Source: Thermodesulfobacteriota bacterium
GTDB taxonomy: Bacteria > Desulfobacterota > WTBG01 > JAGOGO01
Length of the DNA stretch: 32,000 nucleotides
Direction of reading: 5' to 3'
Assembly: GCA_026625185.1 (NCBI GenBank)
Contig: CP113000.1
Coordinates: 3,252,651-3,284,650 of the forward strand
Shown: piece after piece, positions 1 to 7,327 of the stretch
Position numbering within the stretch: position 1 is the first letter of the stretch
Layout of the letters: each line of letters starts with the position of its first letter
Position numbers and translations under genes: made by a program
Notes under the pieces: model-generated
The model's input: only the letters and a program-made list of their open reading frames with translations
What the model was told of the DNA's origin: nothing
Databases searched by the model: none

Positions 1-439
1 AAAACCGTTTTCCCGTGATCCCTTCTTTTTCTAAGGCCTCAACAACTGATTCGGCTTGAAATTTTTTGGGAATGATATCAACCCGGAAATGACGCCGTTT
101 AATTGCGGCCGCGGTCTTAGGTCCAATAGCCACCACCTTCAGCGTTTTAAAAAAGCGTATGTTTTTCCCTTTCTCTTTAAGTCTCTGAAAAAAGAATTTT
201 ACGCCATTGACGCTGGTGAAAATAAGAGTGTCATAGGTCGACAGATTCTCGATTGCCTTATCAACCTTTGACCAGCCTCGCGGAGGAATTATCCGGATGG
301 TAGGAAAAGAAATCGGTTCTGCCCCCTGGGTTTTGAGCGCCTTAATAAAATCCCTTGCCTGGTCCGCAGGACGGGTTATGAGAATCTGTTTGCCTTTTAA
401 CGGGCTGTTCTTTTTTAAAGTTGTTATTTTTTTTTTCAC
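1..439 (-). CDS. hemD: uroporphyrinogen-III synthase, N-terminal part (gene runs off the window start)
   Basis: My own minus-strand translation from GTG at 437-439 gives VKKKITTLKKNSPLKGKQILITRPADQARDFIKALKTQGAEPISFPTIRIIPP...YDTLIFTSVNGVKFF...KVVAIGPKTAAAIKR. This is the usual HemD N-terminal pattern (ILITRP, IFTS.NGV, A.G..TA). It is absent from the ORF track because it has a GTG start and no in-window stop. An in-frame TAA lies just upstream. Confidence 0.7.
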   Translation of the reverse strand, partial: MKKKITTLKKNSPLKGKQILITRPADQARDFIKALKTQGAEPISFPTIRIIPPRGWSKVDKAIENLSTYDTLIFTSVNGVKFFFQRLKEKGKNIRFFKTLKVVAIGPKTAAAIKRRHFRVDIIPKKFQAESVVEALEKEGITGKRF

Positions 440-560
440 AATAATGTCTTTTACCGAATTAACCAAGGTAAACCATAAGGTTTTATTTTACCTTTACTTT
501 CTTCTTCTGTCAATCGAAACCACTTTCCCCAGACTGTGTCATAAGTTCGTTTATGGTTTC

Positions 561-669
561 CCTCGACAAGCTCGGGATAAACTCAGCTCACCATGCGAGG
601 ACTGCGGCAGGTTAAATATCAATTGATTAGCCGTTCTCCCTGGGCGTGTCGAAGGGCGAATGGCTAATC
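561..669 (+). repeat. hairpin-module repeat (TCGACA..GC.C core), copy 1
   Basis: 561-576 cctcgacaagctcggg is complementary to 639-655 cctgggcgtgtcgaagg (1 mismatch, 2 G.U). gattagcc at 626-633 pairs with ggctaatc at 662-669. The loop carries aaatatcaat. The same core and loop motif recur at 6377-6443. Confidence 0.7.
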
Positions 670-690
670 GTTACCCAGTCTCGAAATGGA

Positions 691-746
691 GAGTTCCTTG
701 CCTCGCTCCTCACTTTTCAGATTTTACTCCTTACGGAGTATGCTCC
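691..746 (+). repeat. 56-bp dispersed repeat, copy 1 (about 93% identical to 3314-3369)
   Basis: gagttccttgcctcgctcctcacttttcagattttactccttacggagtatgctcc compared with gagttccttgcctcgctcctcacgcttcagattttactcctcacggaatatgctcc shows 4 differences in 56 nt. Confidence 0.85.
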
Positions 747-1098
747 ATGCTAACCAACTCACCAACCAGCACTTTAACAAGATAACTCCAAAAAATCAAA
801 AAATAATTGATAAATTAAGTAGTTATGCTATTTAAACTGCAAATTTATTATCGAGGAGGCCATTAACCGCATAAACACAAACCAGCATTGCAATTTGTTA
901 AAAACAATGACATTCTTAACAATTATAGGTAAAAATCATAATATTAAATCAATGGTGGAATTTGATTAGAAAATTGGTTTTCAAATCTCTCACTTGCTTT
1001 AGTAAAGGGCAAAAGGGATTCGCATTTTTTGGGGCGAAATATCGGTCATGAAAAAGGAATTTACAATTTGGCATTCTATTTTTTGATGGAATTGATAC

Positions 1099-3159
1099 AT
1101 GGATGTAAAAGCAAATATAAAAAAATTCATGGAGCCGAGGTCGGTTGCTTTAATCGGAGTTTCAAGTAAAGTAGGCAAAGGTGCCTTAAATGTTTTACAA
1201 AACCTGATCCACATAGGCTTCAAAGGAAAAATTTTTCCTGTCAATCCTAATATAAATGAATTATTAGGCCAAAAAGTATTTCCGGATATAACTTCAATTT
1301 CAGAGGATATTGATTTAGCCGTTGTTATGACCCCTCGTCACCTTGTGCCGAAAGTGGTGGAACGCTGCAGCAGCAAAGGGATTTCATCGGTGTTGATTAT
1401 TACTCAAGGGTTTATTGAAGCAGATGAGGAGGGCAGAGCACTGCAATCAAGAATTGACGAAATTGTCCGAGGAACCGGAGTGAGCGTACTTGGGCCAAAC
1501 TCTATCGGGGTCATTAATCATTTTATCCCTTTCACCACCTCATTTATCCCAACGAAAAGGGAAGAGAATCCTATCGGTTTTATTTCTCAATCAGGAGGTT
1601 TCTTAGAGGGATTTTCCCAATTCAAGGTCGGAAAGGGCATTGACCTTGGCAACACCTGTGACATTGATTTTGCAGATGCGTTGACCTACTTTGAAGATGA
1701 CCCTCAAATACACATGATTGGGCTTTATGTAGAAAGCATAAAAAATGGAAAAAAATTTCTTGAAATTGCAAAAAGGGTATCCAGAAAAAAGTTAATTCTC
1801 GTTCTCAAAGCGGGGAAAAGTGAAGCAGGAGCAAACATGGCCCAATCCCATAGTGGGTCTTTAGCCGGTGAAGATTTTATTTATGATGCTGTTTTTAAGC
1901 AAGCCGGGCTTATTCGCATCCGAAGTGTAGAGGAGTTTGGGGATATTTCAAAAGCCTTCCTTACCCTTCCACCGGTTAAAGGAACCCGCATCGGTATTAT
2001 CACCCCTACCGGGGCTGGAGGAATTGTTGCCGTAGATAACTTACAGGAATATGGATTTAAATTAGCAACCTTTTCGGAAGACCTGGCGGAACAGGTAAAA
2101 ACTTTCTTTCTTCCTTGGCAAAAAGTGACCAATCCTCTGGACATCATGTCTGCCGCCATGGCCCACGGATATAAAAAAGTCTTTACAAAAGCCCTGGAGT
2201 CTCTTTTTCAAGACGATCACGTTGACGCAATCTTCTGTATCTTAGGAGAACCCACTCTTAAGACGGTGACGGAGGTCGCTCACCGATATCAGACCAAGCC
2301 GGTAGTTTCCTGGGTTATTGGACAATCGACAGATTCACCCAGGGATAACATACTTACGGTGAGCTATCCAACTCCGGAGAGAGGACTTAGATCTCTTGCA
2401 GCCCTGATAGAGCATCAGACCTTTCTTACGAAAAAAACCGGTGAACAAAAGACCTTTGTGGTTGAACGGGAAAGAGTGAAAAAAACACTCGCAACCGCAA
2501 AAAGAAATAATCAAGGTTTCTTAGGGACTGAGGTCTTTTCCATTCTCAGTGCCTATGGGATTCCGGTTGCTTCGTTTAAGGTGGTCAAAACAAAAGAACA
2601 AGCCTTAAAAGCGGCCAAAGGTTTGGGGTATCCTGTTGTCCTCAAGGTTTGTTCCTCCGAAATATCCCATAAATCGGATGTCGGCGGGGTTAGAATAGGC
2701 ATTCGGGATTCCAGAGAATTAAAATTTCAGTACGAGGATATGATGACCGAGGTTTTTCATAGAACCTCCAACACCAAGGTCGATGGTGTGATCGTTCAAC
2801 AAATGGTTACCGAGGGGGTGGAGCTGATTTTGGGTGCCAAACGGAATGCTCAGTTTGGGCCGGTGGTTGTTTTTGGGTGGGGTGGAGTTTATACAGAACT
2901 ATTAAAAGATTTTTCATGCGGTGTCCCGCCACTTACTCCTCAAGATGTCGAAAGAATGATTTCGTCCACGAAGGTATCTAAACTTCTCAATGGTTTTCGA
3001 GGCGCTCCCTCCGCAGACCGCTTGTTTCTCGAAGATTGCATCCTTAGGGTCTCTCAGCTTGTTTCTGAATTTCCGGAAATTGTTGAACTGGATATAAATC
3101 CTTTAAAACTATTTTCAAAAGGAGGGGTGGCTATCGACGTTAGGGCGGTGATTGCCTAA
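1099..3159 (+). CDS. ADP-forming (NDP-forming) acetyl/acyl-CoA synthetase, fused alpha+beta domains
   Basis: 686-aa ORF. The N-terminal part is CoA-binding and succinyl-CoA-synthetase-like (PRSVALIGVS, GKIFPVNP, VLGPNSIGV, SQSGG). The C-terminal part is an ATP-grasp (GYPVVLKV.S..ISHKSDVGGVRIG). Confidence 0.85.
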   Translation: MDVKANIKKFMEPRSVALIGVSSKVGKGALNVLQNLIHIGFKGKIFPVNPNINELLGQKVFPDITSISEDIDLAVVMTPRHLVPKVVERCSSKGISSVLIITQGFIEADEEGRALQSRIDEIVRGTGVSVLGPNSIGVINHFIPFTTSFIPTKREENPIGFISQSGGFLEGFSQFKVGKGIDLGNTCDIDFADALTYFEDDPQIHMIGLYVESIKNGKKFLEIAKRVSRKKLILVLKAGKSEAGANMAQSHSGSLAGEDFIYDAVFKQAGLIRIRSVEEFGDISKAFLTLPPVKGTRIGIITPTGAGGIVAVDNLQEYGFKLATFSEDLAEQVKTFFLPWQKVTNPLDIMSAAMAHGYKKVFTKALESLFQDDHVDAIFCILGEPTLKTVTEVAHRYQTKPVVSWVIGQSTDSPRDNILTVSYPTPERGLRSLAALIEHQTFLTKKTGEQKTFVVERERVKKTLATAKRNNQGFLGTEVFSILSAYGIPVASFKVVKTKEQALKAAKGLGYPVVLKVCSSEISHKSDVGGVRIGIRDSRELKFQYEDMMTEVFHRTSNTKVDGVIVQQMVTEGVELILGAKRNAQFGPVVVFGWGGVYTELLKDFSCGVPPLTPQDVERMISSTKVSKLLNGFRGAPSADRLFLEDCILRVSQLVSEFPEIVELDINPLKLFSKGGVAIDVRAVIA

Positions 3160-3246
3160 TTACTGCACTACTGATTTTAATTTTTGACATCTGATTCTTT
3201 TATTCTCATTTTTATCATACTTGCAATTGCTCCTTATCTCCCTTTA

Positions 3247-3369
3247 CCTCGTTAGAAATGTTATCAATCGGAACTACTTCCTCCCCATTTTTCGAAAAGA
3301 GGGAGACAAGGGGGAGTTCCTTGCCTCGCTCCTCACGCTTCAGATTTTACTCCTCACGGAATATGCTCC
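3247..3369 (+). repeat. mosaic repeat: CGTTAGA..TATCAAT module plus 56-bp repeat copy 2 (3314-3369)
   Basis: 3247-3271 cctcgttagaaatgttatcaatcgg resembles the ccccgttagatatcaaatc module of the 18580-18698 repeat. An imperfect palindrome ctccccatttttcgaaaagagggag follows. 3314-3369 is the near-identical copy of 691-746. Confidence 0.7.
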
Positions 3370-3394
3370 GTCCCCACTGTTTCATTTTAAACAC

Positions 3395-4502
3395 GGTGAA
3401 TTCAAATTGCAAGTGCACCACGAGCTGCATTCCAGAACACTTCATAGGGTGTCCGGTAGTTGAGAGATTTTCTTGGCCGATTATTAAGCCTTTTAACAGC
3501 ACGAGAAATATCACGTTCGGTAATTTTTCTCATGTAAGTTCCTTTCGGAAAATACTGCCGCAGTAATCCGTTGGTGTTTTCATTGGCTCCTCGCTGCCAT
3601 GCAGCATAAGGATCGGCAAAGTAAATACTGAGTTTGGTTTTTTCCTCAAGTTCTTTAAATTGGGCAAACTCTGTTCCATTATCTACCGTTAAAGTTTGCC
3701 GCATTATTCCAGGAATGCGCCTGAAAATTTGAGTGCTTTTATCTGTCAATGTCGTAGCTTTCTTATTTTCCAGCTTGCCAGCCAAAAGGTAGCGGCTCTT
3801 GCGTTCGACTAACGTCGCGATATAGCCACTGCTTTTTTTGCCTTCGATCGTATCGCCCTCCCAGTCTCCAAATCGTTTTCTCCCTTCCACGATTTCAGGT
3901 CGTTGAGCAATTCTCTTGCGCCCGGCAAGAAACCGCCTTCCCAAACCATACCGTTTCTGGCGCCGTCGCCTTTTCCTCCCCCGCCGCAGGTTTAGATAAA
4001 GCTTGCCATTAACCTTCGCATCCTTATAAATCCAGCGATAAATTGTCTCATGGCACACTCGCATCGTCTCATCATCAGGATAATTAATCCGCATATAATC
4101 GCTTATCTCCTCTGGAGACCATTGCAGATTCAGTTTTGTTTTTACATAATCAACAAGGCGCTCGTTGCCCTCCCGACGATAATGCCTGGCCTGATGCCGT
4201 CGTTTTAGAGCTACCGGATGCGTCCAGTCATACCAATAAACAGTGCAATCATATTCCGGCCCGTTGCGTTTAAGTTCACGACTGACCGTGCTGTGATCTC
4301 GGTTTATCCGGCGGGCAATTTCTCGTTTACTAAATCCAGCCACATTTAAATGGCTGATGACATATCGTTCGTTTTCTGTTAAATGTATATATGACATGGC
4401 AGGCTCTTTCTGGTTGCGAGTTGGTCGTTCTTCTCAACATACCAGAATTCCTGTCATGTCGCATGCTTTTCTCAAATGGTGCACTTTGAAGTTGATTCTA
4501 CC
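3395..4502 (-). mobile_element. IS30-family insertion sequence (about 1.1 kb)
   Basis: A single DDE transposase ORF is flanked by imperfect terminal inverted repeats of about 26 bp. 3395-3420 ggtgaattcaaattgcaagtgcacca matches the reverse complement of 4477-4502 ggtagaatcaacttcaaagtgcacca at 20/26 positions, with the inner 10 identical. The transposase stop lies inside the left IR. CAC flanks both ends (3392-3394 and 4503-4505) as a possible 3-bp target duplication. Ends are uncertain by a few bp. Confidence 0.8.
3402..4397 (-). CDS. IS30-family DDE transposase
   Basis: 331 aa with an N-terminal HTH (LTENERYVISHL..GFSKREIARRINRDHSTVSRELKRN). The catalytic motifs are GDWEGDT, TVDNGTEF and RGANENTNGLLRQYFPKG. 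Confidence 0.92.
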   Translation of the reverse strand: MSYIHLTENERYVISHLNVAGFSKREIARRINRDHSTVSRELKRNGPEYDCTVYWYDWTHPVALKRRHQARHYRREGNERLVDYVKTKLNLQWSPEEISDYMRINYPDDETMRVCHETIYRWIYKDAKVNGKLYLNLRRGRKRRRRQKRYGLGRRFLAGRKRIAQRPEIVEGRKRFGDWEGDTIEGKKSSGYIATLVERKSRYLLAGKLENKKATTLTDKSTQIFRRIPGIMRQTLTVDNGTEFAQFKELEEKTKLSIYFADPYAAWQRGANENTNGLLRQYFPKGTYMRKITERDISRAVKRLNNRPRKSLNYRTPYEVFWNAARGALAI

Positions 4503-4553
4503 CACCCCTATCTTCCACCCGCACTTTTTATTCGATAACCCCAAAATCTAAAA

Positions 4554-4587
4554 AATCCTTGACAAATTCAAGGATTATGATATTAAA
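4554..4587 (+). promoter_or_regulatory. candidate sigma70-type promoter overlapped by a perfect 9+9 palindrome
   Basis: TTGACA at 4559-4564, a 16-nt spacer, then an extended -10 TGaTATTAA at 4578-4586. The palindrome aatccttga-caaat-tcaaggatt at 4554-4576 covers the -35 and the spacer. This lies about 115 nt upstream of the HNH gene. Confidence 0.4.
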
Positions 4588-4702
4588 GTTGATAATTCTT
4601 TAGCGAGGGGGTCTCGCCTTATTTTCACCAATAATGAGTTTAAGAAATAGACAAGCCGGGGCGTATGTGAACGAGTGAGGCGCAGGGCATTCTAAATTAA
4701 CA

Positions 4703-5398
4703 ATGAAAGACGAAATCGTTACATATAGACATATGTGCGACACGGAAGGAGTTCAAACTCTCCAACGTGGAATGAACTATCGGCTCAATCCGAATTATTC
4801 CGTCATTCTTATGTCTCAGCGACACAACTCCCCATACGAGGATAAAATTCTTTCAGATGATCTCACAATTGAATACGAAGGGCACGATATCCCGAAGACC
4901 GCACCGAACATCAACCCAAAACTTCATGACCAACCGAGATCTACCAAGTCTGGCAAATTAACTCAAAACGGTTTGTTTGCTTCAGCTGTCGATGGCTTCA
5001 GAAATGGCAAGCGTGAAGCTGAACTCGTACGAGTTTACGAGAAACTCTTCGCTGGTGTCTGGTCAGAGAAGGGTTTTTTTCATCTTAAAAATTACAAGTA
5101 TTTCAAGGTAGGGAATCGAAAAGTTTTTCGTTTCTTTCTTGAAGAGACCGAAGTAGACTTAAGTAAAGATGGGTTTGTTGAAAATAAGCTTCGACAACGA
5201 TCTCGAGTTATTCCAAGCGATATTAAAAAAATAGTATGGGAAAGAGACAAGGGGCGTTGCGTTCTTTGTGGTTCAATTGATGAACTTCACTTCGATCACG
5301 ATTTACCATACGCGAAGGGTGGTACAAGCATTTCAGCTGAGAACGTTAGAATACTCTGTGCAAGACATAATCTACAGAAATCTGATAAAATCGAATAA
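4703..5398 (+). CDS. HNH endonuclease with an N-terminal SRA/PUA-like (tentative) domain; candidate modification-dependent (Type IV-like) restriction nuclease
   Basis: The C-terminus CVLCGSIDELHFDHDLPYAKGGTSISAENVRILCARHNLQKSDK is an HNH beta-beta-alpha-Me motif with CxxC...CxxH zinc ligands. The N-terminal 150 aa (RGMNYR..YSVILMS.R.NSPYEDKI....LTIEYEGHD...DQP...LTQNGLFASAV...LVRVYEK...GVW.EKGFF.L......RKVFRFFL) parallels the order of conserved SRA-domain blocks. That parallel was recognised by eye only. Confidence 0.75.
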   Translation: MKDEIVTYRHMCDTEGVQTLQRGMNYRLNPNYSVILMSQRHNSPYEDKILSDDLTIEYEGHDIPKTAPNINPKLHDQPRSTKSGKLTQNGLFASAVDGFRNGKREAELVRVYEKLFAGVWSEKGFFHLKNYKYFKVGNRKVFRFFLEETEVDLSKDGFVENKLRQRSRVIPSDIKKIVWERDKGRCVLCGSIDELHFDHDLPYAKGGTSISAENVRILCARHNLQKSDKIE

Positions 5399-5548
5399 CA
5401 CGGAGCCCAACAACGGTAACAATACCCCTTAGATCATTTAAGAAGGATTATGTGCTTCGCTCAATGACCACTTCGCTGAGAGAATCTGTCATTTGTAACC
5501 TGCGTGGTTACTCAGACGTTATCATAGAAGGAGACACATCTGAGAAAA

Positions 5549-6259
5549 ATGCATTTAAGGCTAAAAATATTTTGTTTAGTTTTTTTGCTGTTATCTTATG
5601 GTGGGTTGAGCTTTGGTCAGGAGACCAATAACACTTATAAAACGTATCCCGGTGCTAAGATGGTAAAATTACCCCAACCAAATTATAAAGGTATTCCTGT
5701 TGAGGAAGCTATTAAAAAACGGCGCTCGGTTCGCTCTTACTCGAAAAAAGCGCTCACCTTGCCTCAGTTGTCTCAACTTTTATTTGCCGCCCAGGGAATA
5801 ACCGGAAGTGTATCTGGCTTTGGGCTACGAGCCGCACCATCAGCCGGAGCTTTGTATCCCATAGAAGTTTATGTGGTGGTGAATAATATAGAGGCGCTTT
5901 CTCAGGGCATTTACCATTATAATGTTCAAAAACACGCTGTGGAACTTTTAAAAGAAGGCGATTTTCGAAAAGAGATAACTAATGCCGGTTTGTGGCAGGA
6001 TATGCTCGGAGACGCAAATGTTACCTTCGTCCTTTCCGCGGTCTTTGAACGTACCCAAAGAAAATACGGCGATCGAAGCCTCCGCTACATCTACATGGAA
6101 GCCGGTCACATCAGCCAAAATATTGCGCTCCAGGCGGTCTCTTTGGGCTTAGGCTCAGTGAGTATCGGCGCTTTTTATGATGAGCAGGTCAATAAACTGA
6201 TCGGTCTCGATGGTTCTCGAGAATCAGTGATTTACCTCCAGGCAGTTGGCACATTATAA
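5549..6259 (+). CDS. SagB/ThcOx-type nitroreductase-family flavoprotein with N-terminal signal peptide
   Basis: 236 aa. The hydrophobic leader is MHLRLKIFCLVFLLLSYGGLSFGQE. The body has RRSVRSY, RAAPSAGALYPIEVYVV, GIYHY and YMEAGHISQNIALQA, typical of the SagB-type dehydrogenase/nitroreductase fold. Confidence 0.75.
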   Translation: MHLRLKIFCLVFLLLSYGGLSFGQETNNTYKTYPGAKMVKLPQPNYKGIPVEEAIKKRRSVRSYSKKALTLPQLSQLLFAAQGITGSVSGFGLRAAPSAGALYPIEVYVVVNNIEALSQGIYHYNVQKHAVELLKEGDFRKEITNAGLWQDMLGDANVTFVLSAVFERTQRKYGDRSLRYIYMEAGHISQNIALQAVSLGLGSVSIGAFYDEQVNKLIGLDGSRESVIYLQAVGTL

Positions 6260-6376
6260 AATTTTTCGCAAAGCATTCCTTTTTGTCTTTCCGCTTAAAA
6301 AGCAATTTTAATTGCCGAAGAAAAAGAAATCTGATAAACATGATGAGTACGTAAAAAGTAAAAATTCGCGGGTTTT

Positions 6377-6443
6377 GTCATGCTGAGCTTGTCGAAGCAT
6401 GACGTAATATCAATCAGTTATGTTCACCCTTCGACAGGCTCAG
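6377..6443 (+). repeat. hairpin-module repeat (TCGACA..GC.C core), copy 2
   Basis: 6383-6397 ctgagcttgtcgaag pairs with 6429-6443 cttcgacaggctcag as a 15-bp stem with one U.G. An alternative local hairpin is gtcatgct...agcatgac at 6377-6404. The loop carries taatatcaat as in copy 1. Confidence 0.75.
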
Positions 6444-6526
6444 TGTGCCATCTCCGACTTTTCATGTGTCCATCAAACATAGGTAAAATAAGTACCCAAT
6501 AATATTTATTGCATTTCCTTTAGGAC

Positions 6527-7327
6527 ATGAGCTTGGATTCGCTTCTAAAAAATTTTTCAATTGTATTAAGCCATCCCAGAATTCCGGAAAATATCGGCGC
6601 GGCCGCGCGCGCTGCCTGTAATATGGGGATTGGCGGCCTGATCGTTGTCGCTCCCGAAGATCCTAACCCGGAAAGAATGCTGAAAATGGCTACTCATACT
6701 GCCGCGCACTTCATACGAGAAATGGAAGTTTATCCTGACCTCAAAGAAGCACTGGCAAATTTCAGTTATATCGTAGGCACCTCAGCCCGAAGCGGAAGAG
6801 GACGGAGGTTGGTCCTGTCCCCCCGGGAAGTCGCCCCAATCCTTATTCAGAAGGCGGTTCAAAATAAAATCGCGCTCGTTTTCGGCCCGGAGGACAAGGG
6901 ACTAAGCAATGCTGAAATCAGTCTTTGCCATCAAATAGTGAAAATCCCTACCGCTGAATTTTCTTCCCTCAACCTGGCCCAGGCAGTTATGATTGTTTGT
7001 TACGAAGTTTTTTTAGCTGACTTTAAACCACAAAAAAAAGACACCCCTCGGCTTGCCGATTCTCAAGAGCTGGAGTTGATGTATGATAAAGTTAAAAAGA
7101 CTCTGATCAAGATAAGTTTTATCCAGCCGGACAACCCGGATCATTGGATGATGAATATCCGCCGGTTTTGTTCCCGGATCGGACTCAGCAAAAATGAAGT
7201 CAACCTTATTATGGGGGTCTGCCGCCAGATCGAGTGGTATGGAAAATCATGCGCTCAAAACAAGAGAAAAACTCGTGCGGCGAAAAAAAATGATAAACAG
7301 CCAAGAGGGAAAAACAAAAATGAATAA
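6527..7327 (+). CDS. trmJ: SpoU/TrmH-family RNA 2'-O-methyltransferase (TrmJ-like) with lysine-rich C-terminal tail
   Basis: 266 aa with ENIGAAARA..NMG, LVFGPEDKGLSN and SLNLAQAV motifs of the SPOUT class. The basic tail is KRKTRAAKKNDKQPRGKNKNE. Confidence 0.75.
   Translation: MSLDSLLKNFSIVLSHPRIPENIGAAARAACNMGIGGLIVVAPEDPNPERMLKMATHTAAHFIREMEVYPDLKEALANFSYIVGTSARSGRGRRLVLSPREVAPILIQKAVQNKIALVFGPEDKGLSNAEISLCHQIVKIPTAEFSSLNLAQAVMIVCYEVFLADFKPQKKDTPRLADSQELELMYDKVKKTLIKISFIQPDNPDHWMMNIRRFCSRIGLSKNEVNLIMGVCRQIEWYGKSCAQNKRKTRAAKKNDKQPRGKNKNE

Noticed and set aside
56-626. Track ORFs 56..271 (+) and 297..626 (+).
   Set aside because: Both are antisense to, or read through, the hemD coding region (1-439, minus strand) and the hairpin repeat. 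They are low-complexity with no recognisable motifs.
7194-7319. Extended starts given in the ORF track for the yvcK-like gene (7194), porA (24988), the NuoF-like gene (14882), the DUF218 gene (9598) and the PHP gene (18681).
   Set aside because: Each extension overlaps the upstream gene or a repeat and adds non-homologous residues. Internal ATGs placed at stop/start overlaps or after an SD give N-termini that match the family pattern.
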